Shown: in pieces, positions 29,984-48,260 of the stretch
Layout: each line of letters begins with the position of its first letter
Numbering within the stretch: position 1 is the stretch's first letter
Assembly (NCBI RefSeq): GCF_009914755.1
Contig: NC_060929.1
DNA from: the human T2T-CHM13v2.0 reference genome, Homo sapiens
Direction: 5' to 3' (one strand)
Length of the DNA stretch: 64,000 nt
The notes under the pieces: generated by a model
Seen by the model: the letters and a program-made list of their open reading frames with translations, nothing else
Told to the model about the DNA's origin: nothing
The model's database searches: none
Position numbers and translations under genes: made by a program

Positions 29984-31590
29984 TTCAAATAACACAATCT
30001 GAAATGGCAAGGGGGATCTTACCACTGACCCCACAGAAATACAAATAATCACCAGAAAATATTATGAATACCTCTATGCACATAAACTTGAAAATTTAGA
30101 AGAAATGGATGCATTCCTGGACACATGCACCCTCCCATGCCTGAACCAGGAAGAAATTGAATCCCTGAACAGACCAATACCAAGCTCTGAAATTGAGGCA
30201 GTAATAAATAGGGTGTCAACCAAAAAGAAAAAGCCCAGAACCAGATGGATTCATACCTGAATTCTACCAGATGAACAAAGAGGAGCTGGTACCATTCCTA
30301 CTAAAATTATTTCAAAAAAATGAGGAGAAGGGACTCCTCTGTAATTCATTCTATGAGGCCTGCATCATTATAATACCAAAATCAGGCAGAGATAAAACAA
30401 AAAAAGAAAACTTCAGGCCAATATCTTTGATGAACATTGATGCAAAAATCCTCAACAAAATACTGGCAAAGCAAATCCAGCAGCATATCAAAAAGTTATC
30501 CACCAAAATCAAATAGGCTTTACCCCTGGGATGCAAGGTTGGCTCAACATACACAAATCCATAAATGTGATTCATCACATAAACAGAACTAAAGACAAAA
30601 ACCACGTGATTATCTCAATATATGAAGAAAAGGCTTTTGATGAAATTAAATATCAATTTATGTTAACAAGTCTCAGTAAACTAAGCACTGCAGGAACGTA
30701 CCTCAAAATAGTAAGAGCCATATTTGACAAATCCACAGCCCACATCATACTAAAAGAGCAAAAGCTGGAAACATTTTCCTTGAAAACTGGAACACAGCAA
30801 AGATGCCCTCTCACCACTCCTATTCAACATAGTATTGGAAGTCCTGCCCAGGACAATCAGCGAGAGAAAGAAATAAAGGACATCCATATAGGAAGAGGGA
30901 TAGTATAGATATGAGATTATGTCATCTGTTTGCTGATAACACAATCCCTGTTTGTGGATGACATAAGTTTATCTAGAAAACCTTAAAGTCTCAGCTCAAA
31001 AGCTTCTTAAGCTGATAATCAGCTTCAGAAATGTCCCAGGAAATAAAATGGATGTGCAAAAATCACTAGAATTTCTTTACACCAAGAACAGTCAAGCTGA
31101 GAACCAGATCAGGAACGTACTCCCATTCACAATTTCCACTAAAAGAATAAAATACCTAAAAACACAGCTAACTAGGGAGGTTAAAGATCTCTACAATGAG
31201 AACTACAAAACACTGCTGAAAGGAATCAGAGATGTCACAAACAAATTGAAAAACATTCCATGCTCATGAATAGGAGGAATCAATATCATTAAAATGGACA
31301 TACTGCTCAAAGAAATTTATAGATTCCTACAAATTCCTATACACACTATTTTTATTTAACTACCATTGAGATTCTTCACATAACTAGAAAAAAGCTACTT
31401 TAAAATTCATGTGGAACCAAGAAAGAGCCTGAATAGATGAGGTAATCCTAAGCAAAAAGAACAAAACTGGAGGCATCATGCTACATGACTTTGAACTATA
31501 CTACAGGGTTACAGTAACCAAAACAGTGTGGTACTGGTACAAAAATAGATATATAAACCAATGGAACAGAATAGAAACCCAGAAATAAAT
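29984..31590 (+). mobile_element. Inverted L1 ORF2 (RT region) segment of the same insertion
   Basis: ORFs 30271-30516, 30531-30908 and 31048-31269 are L1 RT-region peptides ([20 protein letters not shown]); ends just upstream of where the minus segment starts. Confidence 0.9.
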
Positions 31591-32471
31591 GGTCACAATT
31601 TTTTCATCCTCATTGGTTAGAAGTTGTGGGTTTTGTTCTGTTCCACGTGTGGACTAAATCTCCTGTTTTTTCTTCATGTATGCATCTCTTTTTTATTACC
31701 ACTAGAAATAAAACATGGGACCAACATGGGACCAAAATAAAACATGGGACCAACAAACATTACCATTTACCCACTCGCTATTTAAAAAAAGAGAAAGACC
31801 AAAAAAAAAAAAAATGCAGTGTTAAAGGACTAGAATCAGTTCCTCACACTTTTTTGAGTCACTTTCTACATGAGTGCTACTGTCCCCAGCCATTTCTTGC
31901 TTTTCTTGTGGGTGAATGCTTACCATCATCACTCACCTTGTGGAGTTTCTTGTGAGCAACTGCATCTAAGTAGTTGTGCATAACTGGTCCGAATCTCTTT
32001 CTATCAACACATTAACACCGTTATTGTTTAGCCTCTATTTGTCTAGGTTTTCTCAACAGTAATATTGTTGTCATAATGCCTTCTGGTGGTATTGTTATAT
32101 GAATTGAAATAATACAATAAAAATATCTGATGTTGTGTCTGGCACACAAAAAGTATGCAATACCTAAAAGCACTTTAGTATTTTTTTTTGTTTATTCTAC
32201 AAATATTCACAAGCACTTTCTATATGGTTGACACTGGCCTAATTCCCAAGGAAATAGAGGTGAAATAGACATCTGATTTCCTGCTAAGGTTAAGTGATAT
32301 CTACAATGAATTATTAACCTACCTACAAATCTTCATGGACCTCTGATTGCATGAGAAGTAACAGAAAATAAATAAAGTCGTATACAAACAGCTGATACTC
32401 ACTAGCACCCCCTGTTTGGATTTACTGGCTGTTTATGGCTAGCATTTGTTCTAATTGGTCATTAAAGGATG

Positions 32472-32538
32472 CAGGGAGTAGTTTAAGTAGAATTTCAGCT
32501 TTGGGAGCTGGTGGTGAAGTGGGATGCTTTTTCCCTGA
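32472..32538 (+). pseudogene. MT-TP: mt-tRNA-Pro (TGG) nuclear copy
   Basis: Acceptor stem CAGGGAG/TTCCCTG, anticodon stem TCAGC/GCTGG, TGG at 32502-32504. Confidence 0.9.
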
Positions 32539-32541
32539 GGT

Positions 32542-32609
32542 TGTCCTGGGGAGGAAATCCTCCATTTTTGGTTTACAAGACTAGAGTAATAAAGTTATAC
32601 TACGAGGAC
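32542..32609 (-). pseudogene. MT-TT: mt-tRNA-Thr (TGT) nuclear copy
   Basis: Minus strand GTCCTCGTAGTATAA...GTCTTGTAAACC...CCAGGACA. Confidence 0.9.
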
Positions 32610-32610
32610 A

Positions 32611-33748
32611 TCTTCATTTAGGTAGTTTGTTTTCAATTAAGCTGGTGACTGGTATAAAAATAAGAATAATAGAAAAATATGCAACGAATGCAGTTTGTCT
32701 GATGAATGATGAAAGGGTGTTTGATGGGTTGTTCTCCGATTCAAGTAAGTGTGAATAGGTCAGCCACTAAGATTCAGAATAAACACTGACTTAATTGTTG
32801 GAATGTCATACTTCGTTGTTTAGATATATGAAGTATTGGGATAATTGCTAGAATGAGGATAGAAAACACAAGGGCTAGTACACCCCCTAGTTTGTTTGGG
32901 ATAGACTGTAGGGTTGCATAGGCAAATAAAAAGTACCACTCCGGTTTGATATGGGGCAGAGTGCTAAGGGGGTTTGCTGGGGTGTAGATGTCTGGGCCTC
33001 CTAGGAAGTCACGTGAGAATAGAACTAGAATTAGCAGGAGCAGGAGAAGTGGAATTAAGCCTAGAATATCTTTAATTGTGTAATTAGGGTGAAATGGGAT
33101 TTTGTCAGTCTGATGAAATTCCTGAGGGGTTATTAGATCCTGTTTCATGTAGGAATGAGAGGTGGATGGCTACTAGGGCTGTGATAATAAAAGGTAGGAT
33201 AAAATGGAAAGTGAAGAATCATATAAAGTTGGCTTTATCAACTGAGAATCCACTTCAGATTCATTGTACAAGGTTGGTTCCAATTATGGGGTGGCTGATA
33301 GTACATTTGTCAGTACTGTTGAACCTCAGAACGATATTTGGTCTCATGGAAGTATGTAACCTATGAATGCTGTTGCTATAACCGCAAATAGAAGAATAAT
33401 GCCAATATTTCAAGTTTCTAGGAAGGTGAATGATCTGTAGTATAAGCCTCAGCCTACATGTAGAAATAGGCAGATGAAGAATATTGAAGCCCCACTAGCA
33501 CGTAGGTAGCGGATAACTCAGCTGTAATTTACATCTCAGCAAATGCGTGTGACTAAGGAGAAGGTAGTTGAAGTATCTAACTTGTAATGTATAGCTAGGA
33601 ATAACCCTGTACCGATTTGAAGGACCGGGCAAATATCTAGAAGCGAGTTGAAGTTTCACCATGCAGAGATGTCTGATGGTGCAGGTAGGTCAATAAACGA
33701 GTGGTTAATCATTTTTATTAAGGGGTGCATCTCATGAGTGTTAGTCAT
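32611..33748 (-). pseudogene. MT-CYB: Cytochrome b NUMT pseudogene, essentially full length
   Basis: Mito-code translation [25 protein letters not shown]..., [22 protein letters not shown]; 1138 bp; ends AAA TGA AGA; frameshift near 33285. Confidence 0.97.
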
Positions 33749-33752
33749 TAGG

Positions 33753-33821
33753 GTTCTTATAATTGAAGTACAATGATGATTTTTCATGTCATTAGTCATA
33801 GTTATATTCCATTTAAGAATT
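33753..33821 (+). pseudogene. MT-TE: mt-tRNA-Glu (TTC) nuclear copy
   Basis: GTTCTTATAATTGAAGTACAATGATGATTTTTCATGTCATT...; 69 nt between CYTB and ND6. Confidence 0.88.
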
Positions 33822-34172
33822 AGAACATATGTTGTATTTTTATTATTACTCTTGTTATAGGCCTTGTGGGGCTCTCTTCAAAGCCTTCTCCTATTTATGG
33901 GGGATTGGGGTTAATTATTAGTGGGGGAGGGGGTTGCAGCATTGTATTAAACTTGGTGGGGCTTTTGTAGGTTTAATAGTTTTTTTTAAATTTATTTGGG
34001 GGCAATAATGGTCATTTTTGGTTATATGACAGTGACAGCTACTGAGGAATACCCTGAGACCTGAGGGACAAGTGTTGCTCTGTGGGGTGCTTTGCTATTA
34101 GGGTTGCTGTTAGAGTTGGTGTTAGTTATGTGAATAATTGATTATGATGACGTGGAAATTGTAATTGATTTT
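33822..34172 (+). pseudogene. MT-ND6: ND6 NUMT pseudogene, 5' part
   Basis: Encodes [14 protein letters not shown] and TEEYPETWG (mito code). Confidence 0.92.
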
Positions 34173-34177
34173 TTTTT

Positions 34178-34321
34178 AATGAGATACAGAAACAGCTGGA
34201 TTGGTTACAGATCAGCGTTTGCCTTATTTGAACACAGTTTGAACAGTTGTCTACATTTGATTGGCCAAAACTCGGTGATTGGCACAAATGTAGGCTATGG
34301 TCTGGTTATACCTCCACTTGC
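34178..34321 (-). mobile_element. ERV1 LTR fragment (MER57-like) carried as an L1 3' transduction
   Basis: 'tttgccttatttgaacacagtttgaacagttg...tttgattggccaaaactcggtgattggcacaa' with three ATTGG (CCAAT) boxes; lies between two T tracts inside the L1 TSD. Confidence 0.75.
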
Positions 34322-39905
<5,584 letters not shown>

Positions 39906-40087
39906 ATTGTAATTGATTTTAAGAATATAGAAAACTGGGTGATCTTTGAGGGTGAAGGAATAGGATTACTTTGTGAGGATTCTATGGGTGTAGGTGCCTT
40001 ATACAGTTATGGATGTTAATTGGTGGTGGTTGCTGGTTGATCTCTGTTAGTATTTTTATTGTGATTGAGATTACGTGAGGGAACAGG
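39906..40087 (+). pseudogene. MT-ND6: ND6 NUMT pseudogene, 3' part
   Basis: Continues ND6 (NWVIFEGEG..., GALYSYG, VIEIT) and ends GGGAACAGG. Confidence 0.9.
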
Positions 40088-40441
40088 GTTAAATAATTAA
40101 GAATAGTGTTAGGAGAGAGGGAGTAAGAAAAGAGAAAAAGGAGAGCTTAATTAGGCTTTTCTGGGTAGATACAATGGTGGAGGCTATAATTTGAATTTGG
40201 GCAGTATTTTTTGGTATTCTTTTTGTCTAATAAAGTTAGGTCTAGTAGAAGAGAGACTAAGTTTTGACTTGCAAATAAATTTAAGTGTGATGTTGTGCGG
40301 TGTATTATGACTGGGTAAAACCCTAATATGTTAGAGAAATTAAATATCTGTGATGCGTACTTGAGTTTGAGGTTGTTAGTCATAAGATTATGTTCTACTG
40401 CAAGTAAGAAGCCTGAAATAGTTACTCTGAGGGCTGTGACA
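40070..40441 (-). pseudogene. MT-ND5: ND5 NUMT pseudogene, 3' end
   Basis: ORF 40147-40383 contains TNNLKLK..FNFSNxLGFYP..HR and SQNL.SLLLDL. Confidence 0.92.
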
Positions 40442-40685
40442 CTGTGCCTGTGCTGTAACAGTTGTAACTATTTGAATATTATTTCTGGATATAAGTAACA
40501 TATTTAATGACATAATGCATGAAAAGTCCTTATCATGGTCTCAATCCCAGAATAAGTTTTTAGTAAATGTTAATTTTTGTTATTATAATCACTGTAAAAA
40601 AGATAAACTGTACTCAGAAAAAGAGCTTACTGTTTAGTACTGGAGAACAGATATTTGCCAAGTGACCACAATATAAGACAAAAGA

Positions 40686-43280
40686 TGGGGAGGGGTGGAG
40701 CCAGGATGTCAAACTAGAAGCAGCTTATGGAGGGGAAACAAAAGAGCAAGTGAAGACTGACACTGTAGGCTGATCATCTGGGAAACCATGTCAGAGTCCA
40801 ACAAGACAGCAGGAAAACACGAAGAGCAGAGAGGAGCGAAGCTGGGTACCTGTGGGTTTAGGCTCAGTGTAGAGCCAGGAGAACCTCTCCAACATAGGAG
40901 AGGGTGAGTGAGTGAGAACACCCAGGGGGATTCATGCTCTCCACAGACACCCGTACAAGACTGGGAATGGATAAATCGCCTTGGTCCCCCTGTACTCCAC
41001 CCCCCACTGCACATCTATGTAGGGGCAGAGAGTCCCCTGGACATTTTGTGGGGGTAACTCTTATGTCTGAGGGGACCTCTACAAGCCTCAAGCCCCAGAA
41101 CACACCAGCACTGGTGCCATATCCCCAGTCGAGGCTGCAGCTGTAGTGCCTGGGAACAGTAAGATTGCTCTAGCCACCCCTTGCTGGGCAGGGCTCAGGT
41201 CCAGCTTACAGCCCAGCTGTCCTGCTTTGGCCTGAACATGGCTGGCCACTCTACCTACCTTCACCACTGGTAGCCAGGTTGCCAACGCTTGCTAGAGCTT
41301 TCAGCCCAGCAATCCCACTTTTATGTGAACTCAACTGGTGGATGCAGCTTCCTGATGTCCCTGTAAAAACACAGATGGCAGGGCACATCTCTAGCATTCT
41401 TATACACAAACAACATCCAAGCTGAGAGCCAAATTGGAGGTGTAATCCCATTCACAATTGGGACAAAAAGAGTAAAATACCTAGGAGTACAGCTAACCAG
41501 GGACGTTAAAAACCTCTACGATGAGAATTACAAAACACTGCTGAAAGAAATCTGAGATGATACAAACAAATGGAACAACATTTCATACTTATGGATAGAA
41601 ATAATCAATATTGTTAAAATGGCCATACTTACAGATTTGAAGTAATTTACAGATTCAATGCTATTCCTATCAAATACTAATGACATTCTTCAGAATTGGA
41701 AAACAAATATTCATATGCAACCAAAAAAAAAGCTTGAATAGCCAAGGCAATCCTAAGCAAAAATAATAAAGCTGGAGGCATTATGTTACCCAACATCAAC
41801 TATACTATGCGGCTACAGTAACCCAAACAGCATGGTACTGGGTACAGACACATAGACCAGTGGAACAGAATAAAGAGTTCAGCATTAAGGCCACACATCT
41901 ACAACCATCTGATCTTCAACAAAGCTGATAAAAACAAGCAATCAGGAAAAGACTCCCTATTCAATAAGCGGTGCTGGGATAACTGGCTAGCCATATGCAG
42001 AAGATTTAAACTGGACTCTACCATATATCACATACAAAAATTAACTCAAGATGGATTAAACACTTAAAATGTATAACCCGAAACTAGAAAAACTCTGGAA
42101 GATAACCTAGTACATACCATTCTGGACATATGACCTGGCAAAGATTTCATGACAAAGATGCCAAAAGCAATTGAAACAAAAAACATTGACAAATGGGATG
42201 TAATTAAACTATGGAGCTCCTGCACAGCCAAAGATTATTAATCAAGTAAGTTAACAGGGTAAAGTTTTTTAAAAAACCCATTAACAGGGTAAACAGACAA
42301 CCTAGAGCATGGGAGAAATTTTTGTAAGGTATGCATCTGAGAAAGGTCTAATATCCAGAATCTATAAGAAACTTAAACAAATTTACAAGAAAAAAATAAC
42401 CCCATCAAAGAGTGGGCAAAGGACATGAATGGACACTTTTCAAAAGAAGACATACATGCAGCCAGCAAACATAGAAAAAATGCTCAACATCAGTAATCAT
42501 GAGAGAAATGCAAAGCAAAACCACACTGAGACGTCATCTCACATCAGTCAGAATTGCTATTATTAAAAAGTAAAAACAACAACAACAACAACAACCAAAC
42601 AGATCCTGGTGAGGTTGCAGGGAAAAGAGAACACGTTTACACTGTTGCTGAGAGTGTAAATTAATTCAGCCATTGTGGAAAATAGTGTGGTGATTCCTCA
42701 AAGAGCTAAAAACAGAATTACTATTAGACCCAGCAATCCCATTATTGGTATATACCCAGAGGAATATAAATCATTCTACCATAAAGACACATGCATGCAT
42801 ATGTTCATTGCAACACTATTTCTAATAGAAAAGACATGGAATCAACCTAAATGTCCATCAATGATAGATTGGATAAAGAAAATGTGATACATATTCACCA
42901 TGGAATACTATCCAGCCAAAAACAAAACAAAACAAAAACCATTAAGATTATGTCCTTTGCAGCAACATGGATGGAGCTGGAGGCCATTATTTTAAGCAAA
43001 CTAATGCAGGAACATAAAACCAAATACCACATGTCCTCACTTATAACTGGGAGCTGAACAATGAGAACCATGGATACTAGAAGGGGAATAACTGACACTG
43101 GGACCTTCTTCAGGGTGGAGCGTGGGAGAGGTAAGGAGATCAGAAAAAAATAGCTATAGGATGCTATGCTTATTTCCTGGGTGACAAAATTATTTGTACA
43201 CCAAACCCTCGTGACATGAAGTTTACCTGCATAAGAAACCTGCACATGTACCCGTGAACCTAAAATAAAAGTTAAAAAAG
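40686..43280 (+). mobile_element. L1PA15/16-like element with a large internal deletion
   Basis: GC-rich 5' UTR from 'ggagccaggatgtcaaactagaagcagc' to ~41390, then directly late ORF2, 3' UTR and 'taaaataaaagttaaaaaa'. Confidence 0.88.
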
Positions 43281-43889
43281 TAGAGTATTACCATTTTGCT
43301 AACTGCATGATATATTCATTGGATATATCATTGGATTTAGTTTATCAAATCATTGTCTTAAGTTTTGTCATTTAGATTGCATTCAATTTTTCGCTATTAA
43401 AAATAAAATGTTAGTAAACATTAAGAAAAAGATAATAAACACCATGGAAAGTTCTAGAAGATTTTGATGTGGGAGATCTTGTTCCTATGATGAAGACAGA
43501 AAAATATAGAGTAATGGGGGTTGAGATAGGAAAAAGTTTTTGACCTGGTGATGTATTGACCTGGTTTGGACACCTGAGGATAAGGAGGAGAGGCTACTAG
43601 TTCAGCAAACAGAAACAGAACAGCCTAAGGCAGGAGAATTAGGAAATCATAGGTATAACTATTTGGAAGGGTAGGTAAAGGAACCACAGAGACATTCCAT
43701 TTAACTGAAAATTTGTAGAATAAAGTCAGGCATATACTATCTGTCAAGGCGAATTAGAGACGTACTCTAAACTTATAGGTGGAAACCTGGAATTTGAATT
43801 TGGCTCAGATGATAGATGCAGCATAGCAGTCAGTCAGCTAAAGCTACAGCTGCTCATCTCTTCATAGAACCACGTAAGTCAGCACAATT

Positions 43890-44100
43890 CAGGGTTCTTA
43901 ACCTCAGCACTATTAACATCTTGTCTTGACTAGTTCTTTAATATAAGGGCCGTCTTCTTCATTGTAAAACATTTAGTGGTATCCCTGGCTTCTGTTCATG
44001 AGATAACATTAGTACTTTTCTTGTGTAACAACTAAAAATACCTTCAGACATTGTCAAATAACCCCTAGGAGGCAAAATTGCCCCCAGTTGAGAAATGCTG
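43890..44100. mobile_element. MER20 (hAT-Charlie)
   Basis: 'cagggttcttaacctcagcactatt...cagacattgtcaaata...gttgagaaatgctg'. Confidence 0.85.
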
Positions 44101-44954
44101 GCATAGAGGATAGTGTGGCAGAGGTAATTTTTTTTAACAATGATTGAAGTTGTCTCCTTTTTCTCTTTCCCTCTTCTTAAATAATACAATTTCTAGGCTC
44201 TCTTACCTCACAGGGAGGTTTGTGGTAATGTAAGAAACTACATGACAATTTTACTTTCTTAATTTTCTCTCCAAAATCAAGTCCATGAGGAGGTTATGCT
44301 GTACATTCTTCAGACAGAGAAGCGAAGGGCTTCTGAAGAAAACCTGAACAGAGAGAGAAGGATTTGCTCCACCTAAAAATAATTTTCCAAAGACAGAAAG
44401 AAAAGATAGGTGTCCATGGCATTGTGGAGTAGTGGGGGCTTGTGTCTTGCTCCTCAGAAGAAACCTGGTGAGATGGGACTTTTCTGTGGAGAGTGGCTAC
44501 ATTAGTAGCCTGCTTCTTCAAAATAGATGGTCCACTCAAAAAAGGGGGTGGAAGAAAGATTTATGAAGGAATCATTTACATGGTTGAAGGCAAGACTAAA
44601 ACAAAACAAAAAAAACAAAACAAAAAAATAAAAACAAGAAGGAAGGATGAAGTGCTCCTGGGAGTAAATGGGGAAGCAAGCCTCAAGCTGAAAGTGGAAG
44701 AAATGGGTACCAGGGCCTGTCACTGTAGTTGCAAGTCTATGAGAGGATCACCCAACAGGAGCTTTGCCATTGTTAGAGTAATGCATTCTCTCTCAACACA
44801 AAACCTCACAGGAGTTTGCCAGGGGAATAAATACTTCAATGTCTATATTTCCCACTATGCTTATATCTTCTATTAATACTTCCCATTGACTGAACCCAAC
44901 TGGAAACCAGAGGCAACAGAAGTAGAATGATGTAATATGTAGAGGCTGATGTAG

Positions 44955-45322
44955 CATGTGTTTCCTTAAATTTCCCTATGGCTAATGATATTGAGCATGT
45001 TTTCACGTGCCTATTAGCCATTCATATAACTTCTTTGGATAAATGTCTATACAAATGCTTTGCTCCTTCAAAAGTTGGTTTATTTGTTTTTTTATTGTTG
45101 AGTTGTAAAAATTTTTTACATATTCTGGATATAAGACATATGGTTTGCAAGTATTTTTTCCATCTGTAGTTTGTTGCTTCACTTTCTTGGTGGTGTTCTA
45201 TGATGCACATAAATTGTAAATTTTGATAAATTTCAACTTTTCAATCTTCTCTTTTATCACATATGCTTTTTGAGTCTATTCAAGAGCTCTTTGTCATACC
45301 TGGGTCATAACAATTTACTCCT
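44955..45322 (-). mobile_element. Old L1M ORF2 fragment
   Basis: Minus ORFs with LISRICKKFLQLNNKKTN and MANRHVKTCSISL. Confidence 0.8.
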
Positions 45323-47544
45323 GTAAGAAGAGAAATAAGGCCACAGCTAAGAAAAGAATCCTGAATAATCCCCAGTCCTGGGTCAAGAGTAAGAAAAAAC
45401 TTAAGTAACTAGGGAAAGAGCAGTCAGTGAGATAAAGCAAAGCAAACTTATCTCAAAGTTTTAGAAGCTAAAAAGGTGGAGTATATAAAAAATATAATGA
45501 TAATGACCTGTGCTAAGTCTTCAGCAGTTCTTACAAGAAAAAGTCTAGAAAATGGTCATTAGGAGATTGTTGGTTTTAGGAAATACATCCACAAGAATGG
45601 TGCAAGTAGAATGTATCTTGTAAAGGGGTTGAGAGATGAGTGGCAATGAGAACATGTGGGGAATATGAAGTCTTTTTTTGTTAAGGTTTCACATAAAATT
45701 ATACTTTGGAAGAACTAGGTATTTGTTTTTGGAAAGAACTGAGGTATGATGACATTTGCTTGCTGAAATCAAATTCTGAAAACAGATTAAATTAATAGCA
45801 CAATGACAGTCTATGCGCAGGGCTAAAATTGTAAAAGATGGATCTGAGTAATACAAGGATGCCTGTGAAATGTGGTGAAGCTACCCAAACATCAACTCTA
45901 TTATGCCCATTTAATCCTAAAACTACTCTTTGGCTGGAAGGTCGGAGAAAAAACAAAGACCAAACAAAACCAAAACTCTTCTGCACTGAAATAAAAATAG
46001 TAGTTTTCCTTCTTTGTTTTGTTTGTTTGTTTTGAAAGTAGCTTTCCATTGAGATTGGTGTGAGGTAACATTTTGCAGACGCTCATCACCGTGACAGAAA
46101 TCTGGTCTAAGTTTTGGAATATTGAAACTAATAAATAGATAAGACTGAAATGTGGTCACTCACCCTGGATAAAGCCCTCTTCTTAGGGAAGATAATGTCC
46201 CCTTTGTTGCTATTTTTGCCCCTAGCAAGAGTACCAGTTGTCAGGAGCAAGCCAGGTAGCTGCCATATCATCACTTTCAGCATGTGTTTCGTACGAATGA
46301 AAACTGATGCTGAGATATAGAGGGAAGCACTGCATCGGAGAGATGTTCATCTCAGGAAAAGCTGCTGTTATCAGACTTTAGTGAAATGCCACCCAATGAG
46401 GAGAGCGTAGGTTTTTGTAAAAGAGAGATTTAATTCAAACTTTTAAAAAAGGAAAAAAGAAAAATTCTCTAGTTAAATTTTCATCTTAAAAATCAAACAG
46501 AATTCTTCCTCTGATTTTAGCATGGATAACATTTAAATACTCAAATAGTACAAGTTCCTTCTGCTGGTAGCTGTTGCTGTGACTATAAAGTCATGCATGA
46601 AAACTGGCTGAGGGTCTGGGACCAGGAGATGTGAGCTAAGAGCTAAGTGGCTGCTTTTCTGGGACTCGTGGGCACAGCCATGAGAGAAGATTAGTAGATT
46701 TAAAAGCTGGTTAGAACCTTGTTTCATAAACTACTAAACGTCTACTCATGTTAATCAGGTTGTGTTTCTGGGCAGCTGAAAAGTTAAACAGCTTTTTAGT
46801 TTCTTGCCAAGCTTTAATGAGACATGGCAATCCCACAGACCGGTTTCAATGTCCTAGGCATGTTCCAGTTGGGTAATCTGTGGACTCACAGAAGGTAGGA
46901 AGACCCTATTTGTAAGTTTAAATGGGTTCCACAAAATATTCCCCAAATGATAGGTGGAAGCTAAACATAGTAAAAAGTTATTAGCAGCTGTGACAAATAC
47001 AAAGAGAAAAAAACTGACTTTTTAAAAAAATACCATGAGTTATCATGTTTCTTTCCTGACCTGAGCAAAGTTGGGCTTTTCAGAACATGACCTTTTGGGG
47101 GTTGTGTGGGGATGTGCTTGGTGTGCAATTTATTTCAGAGATTGAGTTTACATTCTCAGTTAAGGCCTTTAATTTCCTGTGTTTTGTTAGAGGGACAGTG
47201 GGGACTTGGGGACTCAGAAGCATATCTCTGGCAATGTGTATATCTAAATACCTGTCAGCAGGCCAATTCCAAGTACCTTCAATCACTCCAGTGCTAGGGG
47301 ACAGGCCTAAGGTTGGAAACCAGAAGTAATATATTTTGCAATCATTTTAAGTATATATTAGGGAAAAGCGGGTCGGTCATGTTGATTTTTAAAGCTATGG
47401 AGACTATGCTTTGCTACCTCTTTGGACTGCTTTATCTTGTCAACCATGATGCAGAAAGATGAAAGTTATTAAGCAGTGGCTGAATGACCATAGGCTAGAA
47501 CTAGGAGGTGATTTCAGAAGTCTTTGAGATGCCCTTGTCTTCTC

Positions 47545-48260
47545 CTTCATTTAGTCAAGAAATATTTCTTGAGCATCTACTATGTGCCAGGCCCTGTGTT
47601 GGAAAGATACAATGCATTGCAAAAAAGGTCTGCCTCCTGGGTGCTGAGATTCTGTGGAGTGATGGGCATAGAAGAGTAAACAGCCCATGACAATCAAGTA
47701 AAATGTGTGCCAGAGCAGGAATACATAGGGGAAACCTGTCCTAGCATGTGGGAGATCAAAAAATGTGTTTTTTTTTGAGAAATTTGCATCTCTATTGATT
47801 TTTAAAGGACAACTATAACTAGACAGATGTAAGAAAGGAGGACAGTATGCCAGGTGAAATAAACAGAATATGCAGAGAATTTGGAGACAAGAAAGAGTCA
47901 GGTGTGTCTAAGAAATGAGAAGTAGTTTGTCTGAGTCACAGCACAGTGGGTGGCTTGGAAAGAGCACATGAAACAAAGAGGTATGAGTCTGTGACAGTGG
48001 GCCAGATGGGCTTTGTGCTGCATATTGAAGAATTTGGACTTTGTCTCCCTCTAAGGAGCAAGTAGGGAGCCATTTTAGAGTAGTCAACAGGAAAATGACA
48101 TAGTAAAATTATTTGATTGCAGCTAGAACAAATTTAGAAGAGGAGAATCTGGACACGGGGAGAACAGTTTGGAGGTGATACAGTAATAAAGGTGAACAAT
48201 GACAGTATTTTTGGCTAAAACAAGGTACTGTGACTAGGAGAAGTGGATTAATTCCAGAAT
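47545..48260 (-). mobile_element. L2 3' region
   Basis: 'tcatttagtcaagaaatatttcttgagcatctactatgtgccagg' is the antisense L2 terminus. Confidence 0.7.

Noticed and set aside
32774-33148. 124-aa cytochrome b-like ORF as a nuclear gene
   Set aside because: Chance stop-free stretch of a frameshifted NUMT; no promoter or splice evidence.
44493-44876. 127-aa Lys-rich ORF
   Set aside because: Runs through an (AAAAC)n low-complexity tract.
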